A stretch of DNA of 64,000 bases from Candidatus Aminicenantales bacterium (GCA_049512315.1 JBEKXF010000022.1:1-64000), one strand, 5' to 3'. Positions 30,376 to 40,931 are shown, numbered from the stretch's first letter. The notes: generated by a model not told the origin, from the letters alone. A program made the numbers and translations.

Positions 30376-30762
30376 ATGCCAAAAGCCAAAACCAAGAAAA
30401 AGAAGGTCCGGAAAGAGATCGGTTACGGAGTGGCTCACATCCAGTCCACCTTCAACAATACGATCATTACCATCGCGGACCACCAGGGCGGGACCCTCTG
30501 CTGGGCCAGCGCCGGCACCTCGGGGTTCAAAGGGGCCCGGAAAGGCACTCCCTTCGCCGCCCAGCTCGCCGCCAAGGGCGTGGCCACCAAGGCCCGGGAG
30601 TTCGGCGTGCACTACGTCGACGTCCGGCTGACGGGGCCGGGTGCGGGCCGCGAATCCTCCATCCGCGCCCTGCAGGCGGCCGGACTGGAGATCAAGTCCA
30701 TCAAGGACGTGACTCCCATCCCGCACAACGGCTGCCGGGTCCGCCGGAGACGGCGGGTCTGA
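30376..30762 (+). CDS. rpsK: 30S ribosomal protein S11
   Basis: [23 protein letters not shown]. Confidence 0.99.
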   Translation: MPKAKTKKKKVRKEIGYGVAHIQSTFNNTIITIADHQGGTLCWASAGTSGFKGARKGTPFAAQLAAKGVATKAREFGVHYVDVRLTGPGAGRESSIRALQAAGLEIKSIKDVTPIPHNGCRVRRRRRV

Positions 30763-30780
30763 GGCCCGAAGGAGAGGACC

Positions 30781-31407
30781 ATGGCGAAATATCAAGGACC
30801 TGACTGCCGGCTGTGCCGGGTCGAAAAGAACAAGCTGTTCTTCAAGGGCAACAAGTGCCTGACGGACAAATGCCCCCTCGAGCGGCGGGCCTACGCGCCC
30901 GGCCAGCACGGGCGCGACAGGAAGCGGATCCTGGGCTACGCGATCCAGCTCCGGGAGAAGCAGAAGCTCAAGAGGTACTACGGGATGTCCGAGGAGCAGT
31001 TCCGCTTCTTCTTCAAGCGGGCCGAGCGCCAGAGGGGGATCACCGGCGAGAACCTCCTGTCCATGCTCGAACGGCGGCTCGACAACGTCCTCTACGTGAT
31101 GGGATTCTCGCTGTCCCGCGGCCACGCCCGCCAGCTCATCGCCCATGGGCATTTCCGCGTCAACGGCCGCCGGGTCAACATCCCCTCGGCGCTGGTCAAG
31201 GCCGGGGACGTCATCGAATTCAAGGAGCGGACGGCCAAGAGCGAAGATATGCAGGCCGTTGTCGCCTCGAACAAGAGCAAGTCCGTTCCCGGATGGCTCG
31301 AAGTGGACAGGGAGCACCTGAAGGGAAGGGTCCTCGCTCTTCCGACCCGCCAGGATGTCACCCTCCCCGTGGAAGAGCATCTGGTGGTCGAACTTTACTC
31401 CAAATAA
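30781..31407 (+). CDS. rpsD: 30S ribosomal protein S4
   Basis: CRLCR, PGQHG, LERRLDN, VELYSK. Confidence 0.99.
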   Translation: MAKYQGPDCRLCRVEKNKLFFKGNKCLTDKCPLERRAYAPGQHGRDRKRILGYAIQLREKQKLKRYYGMSEEQFRFFFKRAERQRGITGENLLSMLERRLDNVLYVMGFSLSRGHARQLIAHGHFRVNGRRVNIPSALVKAGDVIEFKERTAKSEDMQAVVASNKSKSVPGWLEVDREHLKGRVLALPTRQDVTLPVEEHLVVELYSK

Positions 31408-31451
31408 CATCCTGAGGGACGCCTGCGAGGACATCCCCAGAAGGAGGACAC

Positions 31452-32483
31452 ATGACGGAATCGAATTATCAGAGGCCAAAGTATTTGGAGTGCGATTTTG
31501 AGACGCTGACCGAGAAGTACGGCCGGTTCCAGGCCCAGCCTTTCGAGCGGGGTTATGGCGTCACGGTGGGCAACGCCCTGCGCCGGATCCTGCTCTCGTC
31601 GATTACCGGGGCCGCCATCACGGCCGTCCGGATCCACGGCGTGCTCCACGAATTCTCGACCATCCCCGGGGTCGTCGAGGACGTGACGGATATCATCCTC
31701 AACCTCAAGAGCATTCCCCTCAAGCTCAAGGGGGACGAACCGAAGCGGATGACGCTCAAGAAGACCGGGCCGATCCAGGTCAAGTCCTCGGACATTGCCC
31801 ACGACTCCGACATCGAGATCCTCAACAAGGACGTGCCCGTCGCGTCGCTCGACGTCGACGGGACGCTCGAGATCGAAATGATCGTCAAGAACGGCCGGGG
31901 CTACATCCCCGCCGACCAGAATTTCGACGAGGAGCTGAGCCTGGATTACATTCCGCTCGATTCCTCCCACTCTCCCGTCCTGAAGGTCAACTACAAGGTC
32001 GAGCCGGCCCGCGTCGGCAAGAGGATCGACTACGAGAGCCTGACCCTGGAAATCTGGACGACCGGCGCTATCCGACCCATGGACGCCCTCTCCCAGGCGG
32101 CCAAGATCATGCGGGACCACCTCGGGATCTTCCTGAACGTGGTCGACGAGCCCCTGGAAAAGGAACTGGCCCCGACGAAGAAGGAGATCCCGTATCTCGG
32201 CCAGGCGGACGTGTTGGCCAAGACGATCGATCACCTGGAACTCTCGGTCCGGTCCAACAACTGCCTCCGGGCGGCCGGCATCGAGAGGATCTACGAGCTC
32301 GTCCAAAAGACCGAGGAAGACCTCCTCAAGACAAAGAATTTCGGCCGCAAGTCGCTCGCCGAGATCAAGGAGACCCTGTCGAACCTGAACCTCGGACTGA
32401 ACCTGGAGCTCCACCCCAAGCTCATCGAGCGGATCCAGGCGGAGGTTAAAGAGACCAAGTCCGGGAAGGAAGTGGATGAATGA
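31452..32483 (+). CDS. rpoA: RNA polymerase alpha subunit
   Basis: [42 protein letters not shown]. Confidence 0.99.
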   Translation: MTESNYQRPKYLECDFETLTEKYGRFQAQPFERGYGVTVGNALRRILLSSITGAAITAVRIHGVLHEFSTIPGVVEDVTDIILNLKSIPLKLKGDEPKRMTLKKTGPIQVKSSDIAHDSDIEILNKDVPVASLDVDGTLEIEMIVKNGRGYIPADQNFDEELSLDYIPLDSSHSPVLKVNYKVEPARVGKRIDYESLTLEIWTTGAIRPMDALSQAAKIMRDHLGIFLNVVDEPLEKELAPTKKEIPYLGQADVLAKTIDHLELSVRSNNCLRAAGIERIYELVQKTEEDLLKTKNFGRKSLAEIKETLSNLNLGLNLELHPKLIERIQAEVKETKSGKEVDE

Positions 32484-32893
32484 GGCACCAAGTCAAGAAA
32501 GGATACCTGCGGAGAAACTCGGCCCACCGGCGGGCCCTCCTGCGCAACCTCGTGACGTCGTTCCTCGAGCGGGAGCGGATCACGACCACCCTGGGCAAGG
32601 CCAGGGTCACCCGGCCTCTGGCCGAGAAAATGATCACCCTGGGTAAGAGGGGAACCCTCCACGCCCGTCGCCAGGCCCTGGCTTATATGACAAAAGAGTC
32701 CGCCGTGAAAAAGCTCTTCGACGAGATCGCCCCGCGCTTCTCCGAAAGGCCCGGCGGATACACCCGGATCGTCAAGCTTGACCGGAGGATGGGGGACGGC
32801 TCGGTCATGGCCTTGCTCGAGCTCGTCGGCACCGAATACAAAAAAAAGGCCAAGAAAAAGAAGAAGGAAGCCAAGAAGTCGTCCGGAAAATAG
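32480..32893 (+). CDS. rplQ: 50S ribosomal protein L17
   Basis: [20 protein letters not shown]. Confidence 0.98.
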   Translation: MRHQVKKGYLRRNSAHRRALLRNLVTSFLERERITTTLGKARVTRPLAEKMITLGKRGTLHARRQALAYMTKESAVKKLFDEIAPRFSERPGGYTRIVKLDRRMGDGSVMALLELVGTEYKKKAKKKKKEAKKSSGK

Positions 32894-32919
32894 CCGGTCA
32901 CTAAACAGCTAGATTAAGG

Positions 32920-32950
32920 AGGCCCGGCGACGGCCGGGCCTTTTTGTTTT
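32920..32950 (+). terminator. Rho-independent terminator closing the ribosomal cluster
   Basis: AGGCCCGGC-GACG-GCCGGGCCT hairpin followed by TTTTGTTTT. Confidence 0.9.
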
Positions 32951-33111
32951 AATCACCCGCAGAGGATATGTCCTCGCCCAAAACCTAGCCCTATTTTGCA
33001 GCGTTAGGGGGAGGCAGGTTTTTTCTCAGATATTTCCTAAAAGTGCCGCTTCGAGTATCTCTGCCGCACTTTTGTCGGTCGCTCCGGGGACTCCGCTCCC
33101 TGCCGTCAGGT

Positions 33112-34026
33112 CTATTTTTTTGCCCGCCTAGCGCCCTGGTAGATCTTTTGCCAGTAAGCGTCCTTGAGCCGCGAGATCTGGACGACGGGCTTGTCATGGA
33201 CCGTCGCGTTGATGAACTCGTCGCGGTTGATCATCATCCCCACGTGGCCGATTTTGTTTTTCGCGCTGCCGAAGAAAACGAGATCCCCGGCCGCCTCGTC
33301 GTCGGCCGCGACTTCGAGAAGGCCGCTCCCCTCGAACTGGATGTCCGCGTCCCGAAGGATGGGGATGCCGCCCATTTTGTAGATGAGCTGGACGAAGCCG
33401 GAGCAGTCCAGGCCGAGCGGGGATGTCCCTCCCCAGAGGTAGGGGACCCCGATGAAGCGCTGGGACAGGGCGATCATCTCTTCCGGCGGCCGTCTCGCCC
33501 AGACCATCGGGGCCTCGCGGAGCTCGCCGTCGCCCGCCTGGACCCAGGACTTCGTCCCGCAGGGGAGAGTGACCTGGAGCCAGCGGGCGTCCCCCTCACG
33601 GAAGACCTCGAGGACTGAGCTGATCGACGCAACCTTGACCGGCTTGTGCTTGGTGACGTCGGGCTCGCGATAGGTGTTCGCGAAGAGGGACGTGACGACG
33701 AAGATCTTCCCCGCCGAAGCGTAGGGCTTGTCGCCGGGCTTCAAGAAACAGAGCGACGAACTGATGACCCAGCCCTTGTACGTGTCGGGGGTCTCGATAT
33801 AGGACCAGTCTTCGCCGTCCGCGTTCCTCTCGGCCTTGAGGACCTTGACGTTCGTCCCGAGTAGGGCCTGGCTGACAACGTCGGTGCCGGCGTTCGATCG
33901 GCTGTGCATGTTCTCGGCCGTGTTGATGACGACGCCGGCAAGCGGGATGGACGATTTTTCCGCCGCCGCGAGGGTGGCGAATAAGAAAGGGGTGGCGATG
34001 AGAAAAAGCACGGTAAATCTGCGCAT
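33112..34026 (-). CDS. Secreted SH3 + NlpC/P60 (C40) peptidase, YkfC/dipeptidyl-peptidase VI-like
   Basis: Signal peptide, VSQALLG SH3b-like region, GVPYLWGG..GLDCSG, GHVG. Confidence 0.88.
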   Translation of the reverse strand: MRRFTVLFLIATPFLFATLAAAEKSSIPLAGVVINTAENMHSRSNAGTDVVSQALLGTNVKVLKAERNADGEDWSYIETPDTYKGWVISSSLCFLKPGDKPYASAGKIFVVTSLFANTYREPDVTKHKPVKVASISSVLEVFREGDARWLQVTLPCGTKSWVQAGDGELREAPMVWARRPPEEMIALSQRFIGVPYLWGGTSPLGLDCSGFVQLIYKMGGIPILRDADIQFEGSGLLEVAADDEAAGDLVFFGSAKNKIGHVGMMINRDEFINATVHDKPVVQISRLKDAYWQKIYQGARRAKK

Positions 34027-34260
34027 GACCTGACCTCCTGAAAATCCATTATAGCCCCGAACGCGGCCGGCGAATAGTACTTTTTCCTGCCGTCGGACGG
34101 GTCCTGTTCCGTTGCGTCCTTCATGCGGGCTTCGGGAAGCTTAGACCGCGTATAGAGTTCTCATCATCCTCCATGCCCATCCTCCCAGGGATCGCTTTCT
34201 CGAATCAGCTGGAAATGTTCGGAGGCGTTCACATATAATAGCCGGCGAGAGGAGTTGGCC

Positions 34261-35385
34261 ATGAAACGTAAGGATTTTCTGAAATTGTCGGGAGCAGCCG
34301 CGGCCGGATCAGTCTTTTCGATCCCATCCGCGCTCGGGCAAGCCTTAAAGGTCGGGGGAGGGAAAACGCGGATCTCGGTTAAGCTCCTCGACCTCAAGCT
34401 GCGGTACGCCTGGGGGCTGTCGCGGGGGACCTGGACGACCCGGCGCAACGCTTTCGTCAGGATCGAACGCGATGGGACCGTGGGGATCGGGGAAGCCGCC
34501 CCCATCGCCCGGTACGAGGAGAGCGCGGAGGGAGCCGCGGCCTTCATCGAGAAGGCCCGCTCCGTCCTCGAGCGCGACCTTTGGGAATATGCCGTCCGCT
34601 GGAACGAGCTCGAAGCTTTGGCCCCCGGGGAGCACGCGGCCAAGGCGGCGCTCGACCTGGCCGTCCTCGACTGGGTAGGGAAGAAGCTCAACGTGCCCCT
34701 CTGGAAGCTCCTTGGGCTCAGCCGCGGCCAGGCCCTGACGACGACCTATTCGATCGGCATCGACGAGATCCCCGTCATGCAGCGTAAGGTCCGCGAGTCC
34801 CCGGACTTCGGCGTTTACAAGATCAAGCTCGGCAGCAAGGACGACCGGAAGATCATCGAGGGCATCCGGGCCGTGACGGCAAAGCCCCTGCGGGCCGACG
34901 CCAACGAGGGCTGGAAGTCGAAGGAGGAAGCCCTGGAGATGATCAACTGGATGGCCGGCCTGGGGGTCGAGCTCATCGAGCAGCCCATGCCCGCCGCCAT
35001 GCTCAAGGACTATGCGTGGCTCAAGGAAAGGTCCAAGCTCCCGATCTTCGCCGACGAGAGCCTGATGAAGGCCTCCGACATCCCGGCGATCGCGCCGTAC
35101 TTCCACGGGCTCAATATCAAGCTCATGAAGTGCGGGGGGGTCCAGGAGGCCGTCCGCATGGCCGCCATGGCCCGGGCCCTCGGGCTCCGACTCATGATCG
35201 GCTGCATGGTCGAAACCTCCCTCGGCATCTCGGCGGCCGCGGCCATCACTCCGCTCTTCGATCACGCCGACCTCGACGGGAATCTGCTCATCACGAACGA
35301 CCCCTTCCAGGGCGTCCGGACCGTCAAGGACCGTCTCGTCCTCAACGACCGGCCCGGACTGGGAGTAACCGGCGACGTTTGGTAA
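34261..35385 (+). CDS. Dipeptide (L-Ala-D/L-Glu) epimerase, enolase superfamily, with Tat-like leader
   Basis: GIGEAAP, KIK, DANEG, EQP, ADES, KLMKCGG, GCMVE, DLDG. Confidence 0.88.
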   Translation: MKRKDFLKLSGAAAAGSVFSIPSALGQALKVGGGKTRISVKLLDLKLRYAWGLSRGTWTTRRNAFVRIERDGTVGIGEAAPIARYEESAEGAAAFIEKARSVLERDLWEYAVRWNELEALAPGEHAAKAALDLAVLDWVGKKLNVPLWKLLGLSRGQALTTTYSIGIDEIPVMQRKVRESPDFGVYKIKLGSKDDRKIIEGIRAVTAKPLRADANEGWKSKEEALEMINWMAGLGVELIEQPMPAAMLKDYAWLKERSKLPIFADESLMKASDIPAIAPYFHGLNIKLMKCGGVQEAVRMAAMARALGLRLMIGCMVETSLGISAAAAITPLFDHADLDGNLLITNDPFQGVRTVKDRLVLNDRPGLGVTGDVW

Positions 35386-35400
35386 TTCGGGCGGCGGGGC

Positions 35401-37056
35401 CTAGGATCGCCCGACTTGGATCGTGAGCTTCCGGCCGACCGTGAGTTCGTCCGACGTCAAGTTGTTGTCGGCCTTGATTTTCTCGACTGTCGTCCCGAAC
35501 ATCTTGGAGAGGGTGAAGAGGGTGTCCCCGGCCTTGACCACGTAGATCACTTTGTTCCCAGGCTTGTGGGCGGGCGATGAAGCGGCCGAGGACGGATTCG
35601 AAGGCTGGCCGCTGACGGGGATCCGGAGGACCTGGGCTTCGCGGATGATCGTCGGGCTCTTCAGGCCGTTGAGCCGCATCAGGATGTCTACGGACGTCCG
35701 GAATTTCCGGGCGATCGCCCCGAGGGTATCCCCCCTGAGGACTCGATAGCGGTCGGTGATGACGTCGGGAGGGACGTACTGAGGAAGGGTCGCGACACAG
35801 GCCAAGCATTTCTCCCCGTAGCCCTCGGGGACGCGGAGCTCGTACTCATAGTTGGGCGTCGAATCGAAGCGGAGCTCGGGATTGAGGATGGTCAGGAGGA
35901 GCGGGTCGAGCCCCAGGTTCTGGGCCAGCCCGGCCAGCTTGACGGGATTGCTGACTCGGACCGTATCGAACTTCAGGGGCGGATCGGGCGTCGGCAGATC
36001 GAAGCCGTACTTGGCCGGGTTGGAGACGATCATGAGGGAGGCGATGAACCGGGGCACGTAACGGGCCGTTTGCCAGGGCAGGCTGTTGAAGAGGTCCCAG
36101 AAGTTGTCGAGATAATCGATCCTCTGGGCCTGGATGACCCTCTGGACATAGCCCTCGCCGCAGTTGTAGGCCGCCAGGGCCGTCGTCCAGTCCCCGAACA
36201 TCGCGTGGAGGTCGCTCAGGTATTGGACGGCCGCTTTTGTGGCCTTCACGGGGTCCATCCGCTCGTCGACGTACTTGTCGCGCTTGAGGCCGTACCGGTA
36301 GCCCGTCGAGGAGATGAACTGCCACATCCCCAGAGCGCGGGCGCTGGACAGGGCCCGGACCCTGAACCAGCTCTCGATGATCGGGACCCAGACGAGCTGT
36401 TCCGGGAGCCCCGCTCCGCGGAGCTCGGCGGTGATCATGTCCTTGTACAGCCCGGACCGCTTGTAGGCGTCCAGGAACCAGGCCTTTTCACCGTTCTGGA
36501 AGCTCGAGATCTCCTTCTGGACCCACTGGTTCTCGACGAGGGGGATGGAATTGTTGACTGAGGAGACGGTCGTCATCCGCGGAGCGTTGATCTGCTGGCT
36601 CGAGGCGTAGACCTGCTGGATCCTCTGGGCGATCAGGATCCGCAGGCCGTTTTTTTCCCGGAGAAGAGGGGAGTCGGGGGGAAGCTTAATCTTGGGCAGG
36701 GTTTCGTAGGCGTCGTCGAGCTTGGCCAAGGCGGCGTCCATGTCCTTCCGGTCGATGGCGGCCAGGGCCTCCTGGTAGGCGGCAAACCCTTCTTCGAGAA
36801 GGGCCGAGGCCTCCTTGTCCATATCGCCGTTCTTCTCGGCCTGGGCCTCGCCGTTGATGTCTTCCCTGAGCTCGTCCGACTGGGCCGGCTTGCCCGTCTG
36901 CTGGGCCGGGGGAGTAACGGGGACCGCCTTCCCGGCCGGATGGGACGCCGTTTTAGGGGTCGTACGAACGGCCTTCGGAGCCGACGAACAGGCGGCGAGA
37001 CTAACGGCCAGGACAAGGAGACAAAGGCTGACGGGGTTTTTCTTTCTTATCTTCAT
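35401..37056 (-). CDS. mltD: Lytic murein transglycosylase with LysM domains (MltD-like lipoprotein)
   Basis: Lipobox LAAC, IES..A.S...A.G.WQF, ALAAYNCG, two C-terminal LysM repeats. Confidence 0.88.
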   Translation of the reverse strand: MKIRKKNPVSLCLLVLAVSLAACSSAPKAVRTTPKTASHPAGKAVPVTPPAQQTGKPAQSDELREDINGEAQAEKNGDMDKEASALLEEGFAAYQEALAAIDRKDMDAALAKLDDAYETLPKIKLPPDSPLLREKNGLRILIAQRIQQVYASSQQINAPRMTTVSSVNNSIPLVENQWVQKEISSFQNGEKAWFLDAYKRSGLYKDMITAELRGAGLPEQLVWVPIIESWFRVRALSSARALGMWQFISSTGYRYGLKRDKYVDERMDPVKATKAAVQYLSDLHAMFGDWTTALAAYNCGEGYVQRVIQAQRIDYLDNFWDLFNSLPWQTARYVPRFIASLMIVSNPAKYGFDLPTPDPPLKFDTVRVSNPVKLAGLAQNLGLDPLLLTILNPELRFDSTPNYEYELRVPEGYGEKCLACVATLPQYVPPDVITDRYRVLRGDTLGAIARKFRTSVDILMRLNGLKSPTIIREAQVLRIPVSGQPSNPSSAASSPAHKPGNKVIYVVKAGDTLFTLSKMFGTTVEKIKADNNLTSDELTVGRKLTIQVGRS

Positions 37057-37068
37057 TATTAGCTCATA

Positions 37069-37097
37069 TTTATAGCATGCGCGCGAAGAAGAGTCAA
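37069..37097 (-). promoter_or_regulatory. sigma70-type promoter of the mltD-like gene
   Basis: Minus strand TTGACT-17 nt-TATAAA with extended TG. Confidence 0.65.
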
Positions 37098-37192
37098 CCG
37101 ACCAGACGCGGCCGAATTCACCCACGGCCCTTTTTTCTCAGAAAGGGCCTCGGAGCGAGGGGATACCTGGAATTCCCAGGCTCCGGGCTCGG

Positions 37193-38170
37193 TCAACCGG
37201 CCATTCCGGAGCGGTGCCATTTCCAGGCGGTCTCGATGATGGTCTCGAGCGACGAGAGCACGGGCCTCCAGCCGAGAGCCTGCTCCGCTCTCTCCTTGGA
37301 GGCCAGGAGGACGGCCACGTCGCCCTCACGCCGCGGCCGGACGTCATAGGGGATCTTCCGGCCCGTCACCTCCTCAGCTTTCCTGATGACCTCCAGGACG
37401 GAAAAGCCGACATTGGTCCCGAGGTTGAGGCTGTCGCTCGGCCGGCCGGAAAGGAGCGCCTTCAGGGCCAGGACGTGGGCCGCCGCCAGATCGGTGACGT
37501 GGATGTAGTCCCGGATCGCAGTCCCGTCCGGCGTCGGAAAATCGTCCCCGAAAATGCCGAGCCGCGGTCCCTTTCCGAGGAGGCTGAGGAGGACGTTGGG
37601 GATGAGGTGGGTCTCGGGGTGGTGCGTCTCTCCCGTTTCCCCGTCCGGGTCGGCGCCGGCGGCGTTGAAATAGCGGAGGGAAATGGACCTCAGGCCGTAG
37701 GCCCGGTCATAATCCTGGAGGATCCTTTCGACCATGAGCTTGGTCCGGCCGTAGGGGTTGGCCGGGTTGAGAGGATGGGTCTCGGGGATGGGCGTCTCCT
37801 CCGGGACGCCATAGATGGCTGCGCTCGAAGAGAAGATGAAGTTGGCCACCCCGGCCTCGAGCATGGCGTCGAGGAGGTTGAGGCTCGTCTGGAGGTTATG
37901 GGTGTAGTATTTCCGGGGGTCGGCGTAGGACTCCCCGACCTGGATGAGGGAGGCGAAATGGAGGACGGCCACGATGGGCCTGGTCCGGAATACCTCCCGG
38001 ACGGCCTGCTTGTCCATCAGGTCGCCCTGGACGTACGGCGTCGTCCGGATGAGCTCCTTCCTGCCAGAGGAGAAATTATCGAAGACGAGAACGTCGAATC
38101 CGCTCTTTCGGAGTTCCTTAGCCGTATGGGACCCGATATAGCCGGCGCCTCCGGTGACGAGGATGGTCAT
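37193..38170 (-). CDS. galE: UDP-glucose 4-epimerase
   Basis: GGAGYIGSH, YGRTK, LRYFNAAG, DGTAIRDYIHV. Confidence 0.96.
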   Translation of the reverse strand: MTILVTGGAGYIGSHTAKELRKSGFDVLVFDNFSSGRKELIRTTPYVQGDLMDKQAVREVFRTRPIVAVLHFASLIQVGESYADPRKYYTHNLQTSLNLLDAMLEAGVANFIFSSSAAIYGVPEETPIPETHPLNPANPYGRTKLMVERILQDYDRAYGLRSISLRYFNAAGADPDGETGETHHPETHLIPNVLLSLLGKGPRLGIFGDDFPTPDGTAIRDYIHVTDLAAAHVLALKALLSGRPSDSLNLGTNVGFSVLEVIRKAEEVTGRKIPYDVRPRREGDVAVLLASKERAEQALGWRPVLSSLETIIETAWKWHRSGMAG

Positions 38171-39612
38171 ACGGTCTTCCTTTCGATGAGCCGGCGGGCC
38201 TTGTCGAGCCCCCGGGCCCTGGTCTCGAAGCCGCCGTCAAGCTGCATCTTGTAGAGCTGCTTCAGGATCTTCCCCATGCCTGGCCCGGGAGCGACGCCGA
38301 GGCCGATGAGGTCCCGGCCCATGATCAGGGGTTTGATCGTCTCCCCGTTGACCCGGAGCTCCTCGAAGCGCCGGACGAGCCAGCGGGCCTCGCGGTCCAG
38401 GCCCCGGACGAGCCTTTCCCGGCGGCCGGCCCGGTCGGCCGCGTCGAGATAGATCATCAGGCTAATCTCCCCCCGGATCTCCGCCGCCAGGCGGTTGAAG
38501 GCCTTTTTCGTGACTGATTCCCTGTTCTGCCAGAGCTCGGCGGCCCGGTGATGGGTCCGGATGAGAAGGGGGACCATCTGTCCCAAGGGATATCCGTTCC
38601 AGGAGTGGATCCGGAAACGGGCCAGGACCTTTCCGGCCAGCCGGCCGCTGAGGACGTCGTGGCCGCAGGAGGTGATGGCCATCCGGCCCCGCTTGAATTC
38701 CCAGCGCGTGGTCGCCCGCTTGCCGATGTCGTGATAGAGGGCGGCCAGAAGAAGGGTCAGCGTCCTGGCCTGGTCGAGGCCGGCGGTCCGGGCCAGGGCG
38801 GCCGCCTGGTCGACGGCGAGCTTCGTGTGCTGCCAGACCGTGTGATGGCCGTAGGGGTCTTTTTCCGGATGGAAGACTGAGTCCTGGATGACGAGGGCCA
38901 GGGCGCCGAGCTCGGGGAAGAGCTCGTCCAGAACGCCGAGTTTGAAAAGCTCTTCGAGGCCGACAGAAGGCCGGCTTGACTGGAGTAGGATCTTGAACAG
39001 CTCTTCGTTGACCCGCTCGACGCTCAGGCCGCCGAGGTCGATGCCCCGCGCGACCTCGTAGATCGCGGGATCGACGGAAAACCCGAGGGCCGAGGCGAAA
39101 CGGGCGACCCGGAGGACGCGGAGCGGGTCGTCCGGGAAGGCGCCGGGATTTGTCAGCCTGATCTTTTTCGCCAAGGTGTCTCCCCAGCCCTCGAAGGGAT
39201 CGATGAGAGCGCCGTCCTTGAGCCGGAGGGCCATGCTGTTGCAGCGGAAGTCGCGCCGCTCCAGGTCTTTTTCGATGGGCAGGTCCGGGTCGGCGGCGAT
39301 GACAAAGTCCTTGTGGCCCTTGGCCCCGCTCCCGCGGGGAACGTCCTTCCTCGGCAGGGCGACATCGTAGGTCCTGCCGGCGATCGTGAACTTGATGATC
39401 CCGAAGCTTTTCCCGACCAGGTCGACCCGGCCGTGTTTCCGCAGCTCGCGGACGATCTCCGTGATCGAATGGCGGGCGACAAGGATATCGACATCGGGGG
39501 AGGGTTTCCCGCGGATGAGGTCGCGGACCGAGCCGCCGACGGCGTAGACATCGCCGCTGAAAAGCCTGATGAAGAGCTTCCGGTCAGCAAAATCGAATTT
39601 CAACTGAGCCAT
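38167..39612 (-). CDS. cca: tRNA nucleotidyltransferase (CCA-adding, class II) with HD domain
   Basis: VGGSVRD..D.D, RRDF, DDPLRVLR, ERVNEEL, HDIGK; start taken at MAQLKF. Confidence 0.85.
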   Translation of the reverse strand: MAQLKFDFADRKLFIRLFSGDVYAVGGSVRDLIRGKPSPDVDILVARHSITEIVRELRKHGRVDLVGKSFGIIKFTIAGRTYDVALPRKDVPRGSGAKGHKDFVIAADPDLPIEKDLERRDFRCNSMALRLKDGALIDPFEGWGDTLAKKIRLTNPGAFPDDPLRVLRVARFASALGFSVDPAIYEVARGIDLGGLSVERVNEELFKILLQSSRPSVGLEELFKLGVLDELFPELGALALVIQDSVFHPEKDPYGHHTVWQHTKLAVDQAAALARTAGLDQARTLTLLLAALYHDIGKRATTRWEFKRGRMAITSCGHDVLSGRLAGKVLARFRIHSWNGYPLGQMVPLLIRTHHRAAELWQNRESVTKKAFNRLAAEIRGEISLMIYLDAADRAGRRERLVRGLDREARWLVRRFEELRVNGETIKPLIMGRDLIGLGVAPGPGMGKILKQLYKMQLDGGFETRARGLDKARRLIERKTV

Positions 39613-39665
39613 TTCGATTTCATATTCTAGCAGGTTTTCCCGTGAACTGGGAAGAAGATTCAACC

Positions 39666-39706
39666 GGGGACGGTCCTGATCTTCTCAGAAAATCAGGACC
39701 GTCCCC
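39666..39706. repeat. REP-like palindrome
   Basis: Perfect 15-bp inverted repeat GGGGACGGTCCTGAT / ATCAGGACCGTCCCC with 11-nt loop. Confidence 0.75.
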
Positions 39707-39716
39707 ATTTATTCTT

Positions 39717-40931
39717 TCAAAATTTCGCCAGGACTTCCTTGACCGCGTCCTTGTGGACCATGAACATCAGGACCTTGAGTTTGACATAGTCATCCCGATA
39801 GAAATAGTACCCCTTGTGGTCGCTCCAGTAGGCGTTCTCCCAGGAGTCCTTGATTAGGAACCAGACGTCCTTGCCCTCCTTATACCCGACGCAATGGACC
39901 GCATGGTCGTCCGTGGAGCTTCCCGAGACGAAGCGGTATTCGCGGCTCGACTGGTCGATGAAGTTCCGGGGGATGTCGAACGAGGGGACGATGGCGAGAC
40001 CGAGCTCCCCGTAGTATCCCGGTTCAGAAAAATCCACGGCCAGGTCGGCCGAGTACCCCCGCCGGAGCGCCCGGAGGAGCGCCAGCGAAAATTCGAAGAG
40101 GGGCAGGTTGTGGTAGTCGCGGCTGTGCCACCAGTTGTCGGGGACCCTGTATTCGCCCTTCGTGTAGAACGGGAGGTAGGAGAAGCTGATGAACGAGACG
40201 TAATCCGCGGGCTTGAGGCCCAGTGTCCCCTCGAGGAACTGCTTTGGGGTCTGGACGAGGCCGTCCACGGTGATCCTCTCCGGAGGTTTTCCCAGGTGCC
40301 GGTCGAGGATAGCCCGGACGCCGGCGATGGCCCGGGCCTCGTCCCAGTCGCCGCGGGCTTTGAGGCCCTCCAGGAAAGCCTTGAAATCGCGGAAGAGCGG
40401 GCCGTGGTCGTGCTCCGTGCCGCCGGAAGGCAGGCCCGGATAATCGGCTTCCCGGACGAGGCCGTATTGCTTGACGCGCTCGAGTGCCGAGTTGGGCTCG
40501 GAGCCCTGGCCGAGGAAGGAGTTCCCCTTTTCCCGGATGAAGCGGCGGGCCTTTTCGACGTATTCCCAGTAAACGATGTACATCTCGGACAGCTTGACCT
40601 CCGCCTTGCCGAGCCGTCTCGCCTCGGATTCGAGGAGCGACGCCGTGGCGAAGGACCAACAGGTCCCGGTCTTTCCTTGGCGGACGGGGGGGAGATGGGA
40701 AAGCTCCGTGAATTCCCCGGTCTTTGCCGGCCGTTCGACCTTGGCGAAGTCCATGGCCAGGACGGTCTCCTCCGCGCCGCCCGCGGTCCTCTTGACATAG
40801 ACGGCTTCGTCCCGGCCCAGCCTCTCGGCGACCTTCTCGCCCTTCGGAGCCTCCTCCTTCCGGCAGGAAACGGCCAACAGGACCATGATCGCGAGCGACG
40901 GGACCGCGATGACCCAAGCTCTTTTCTTCAC
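39717..40931 (-). CDS. Papain-family (C1) cysteine aminopeptidase, probable lipoprotein
   Basis: QGKTGTCWSF, DHAVH, KDSW; GTG start with SD GGAGG; lipobox AVSC. Confidence 0.85.
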   Translation of the reverse strand: MKKRAWVIAVPSLAIMVLLAVSCRKEEAPKGEKVAERLGRDEAVYVKRTAGGAEETVLAMDFAKVERPAKTGEFTELSHLPPVRQGKTGTCWSFATASLLESEARRLGKAEVKLSEMYIVYWEYVEKARRFIREKGNSFLGQGSEPNSALERVKQYGLVREADYPGLPSGGTEHDHGPLFRDFKAFLEGLKARGDWDEARAIAGVRAILDRHLGKPPERITVDGLVQTPKQFLEGTLGLKPADYVSFISFSYLPFYTKGEYRVPDNWWHSRDYHNLPLFEFSLALLRALRRGYSADLAVDFSEPGYYGELGLAIVPSFDIPRNFIDQSSREYRFVSGSSTDDHAVHCVGYKEGKDVWFLIKDSWENAYWSDHKGYYFYRDDYVKLKVLMFMVHKDAVKEVLAKF

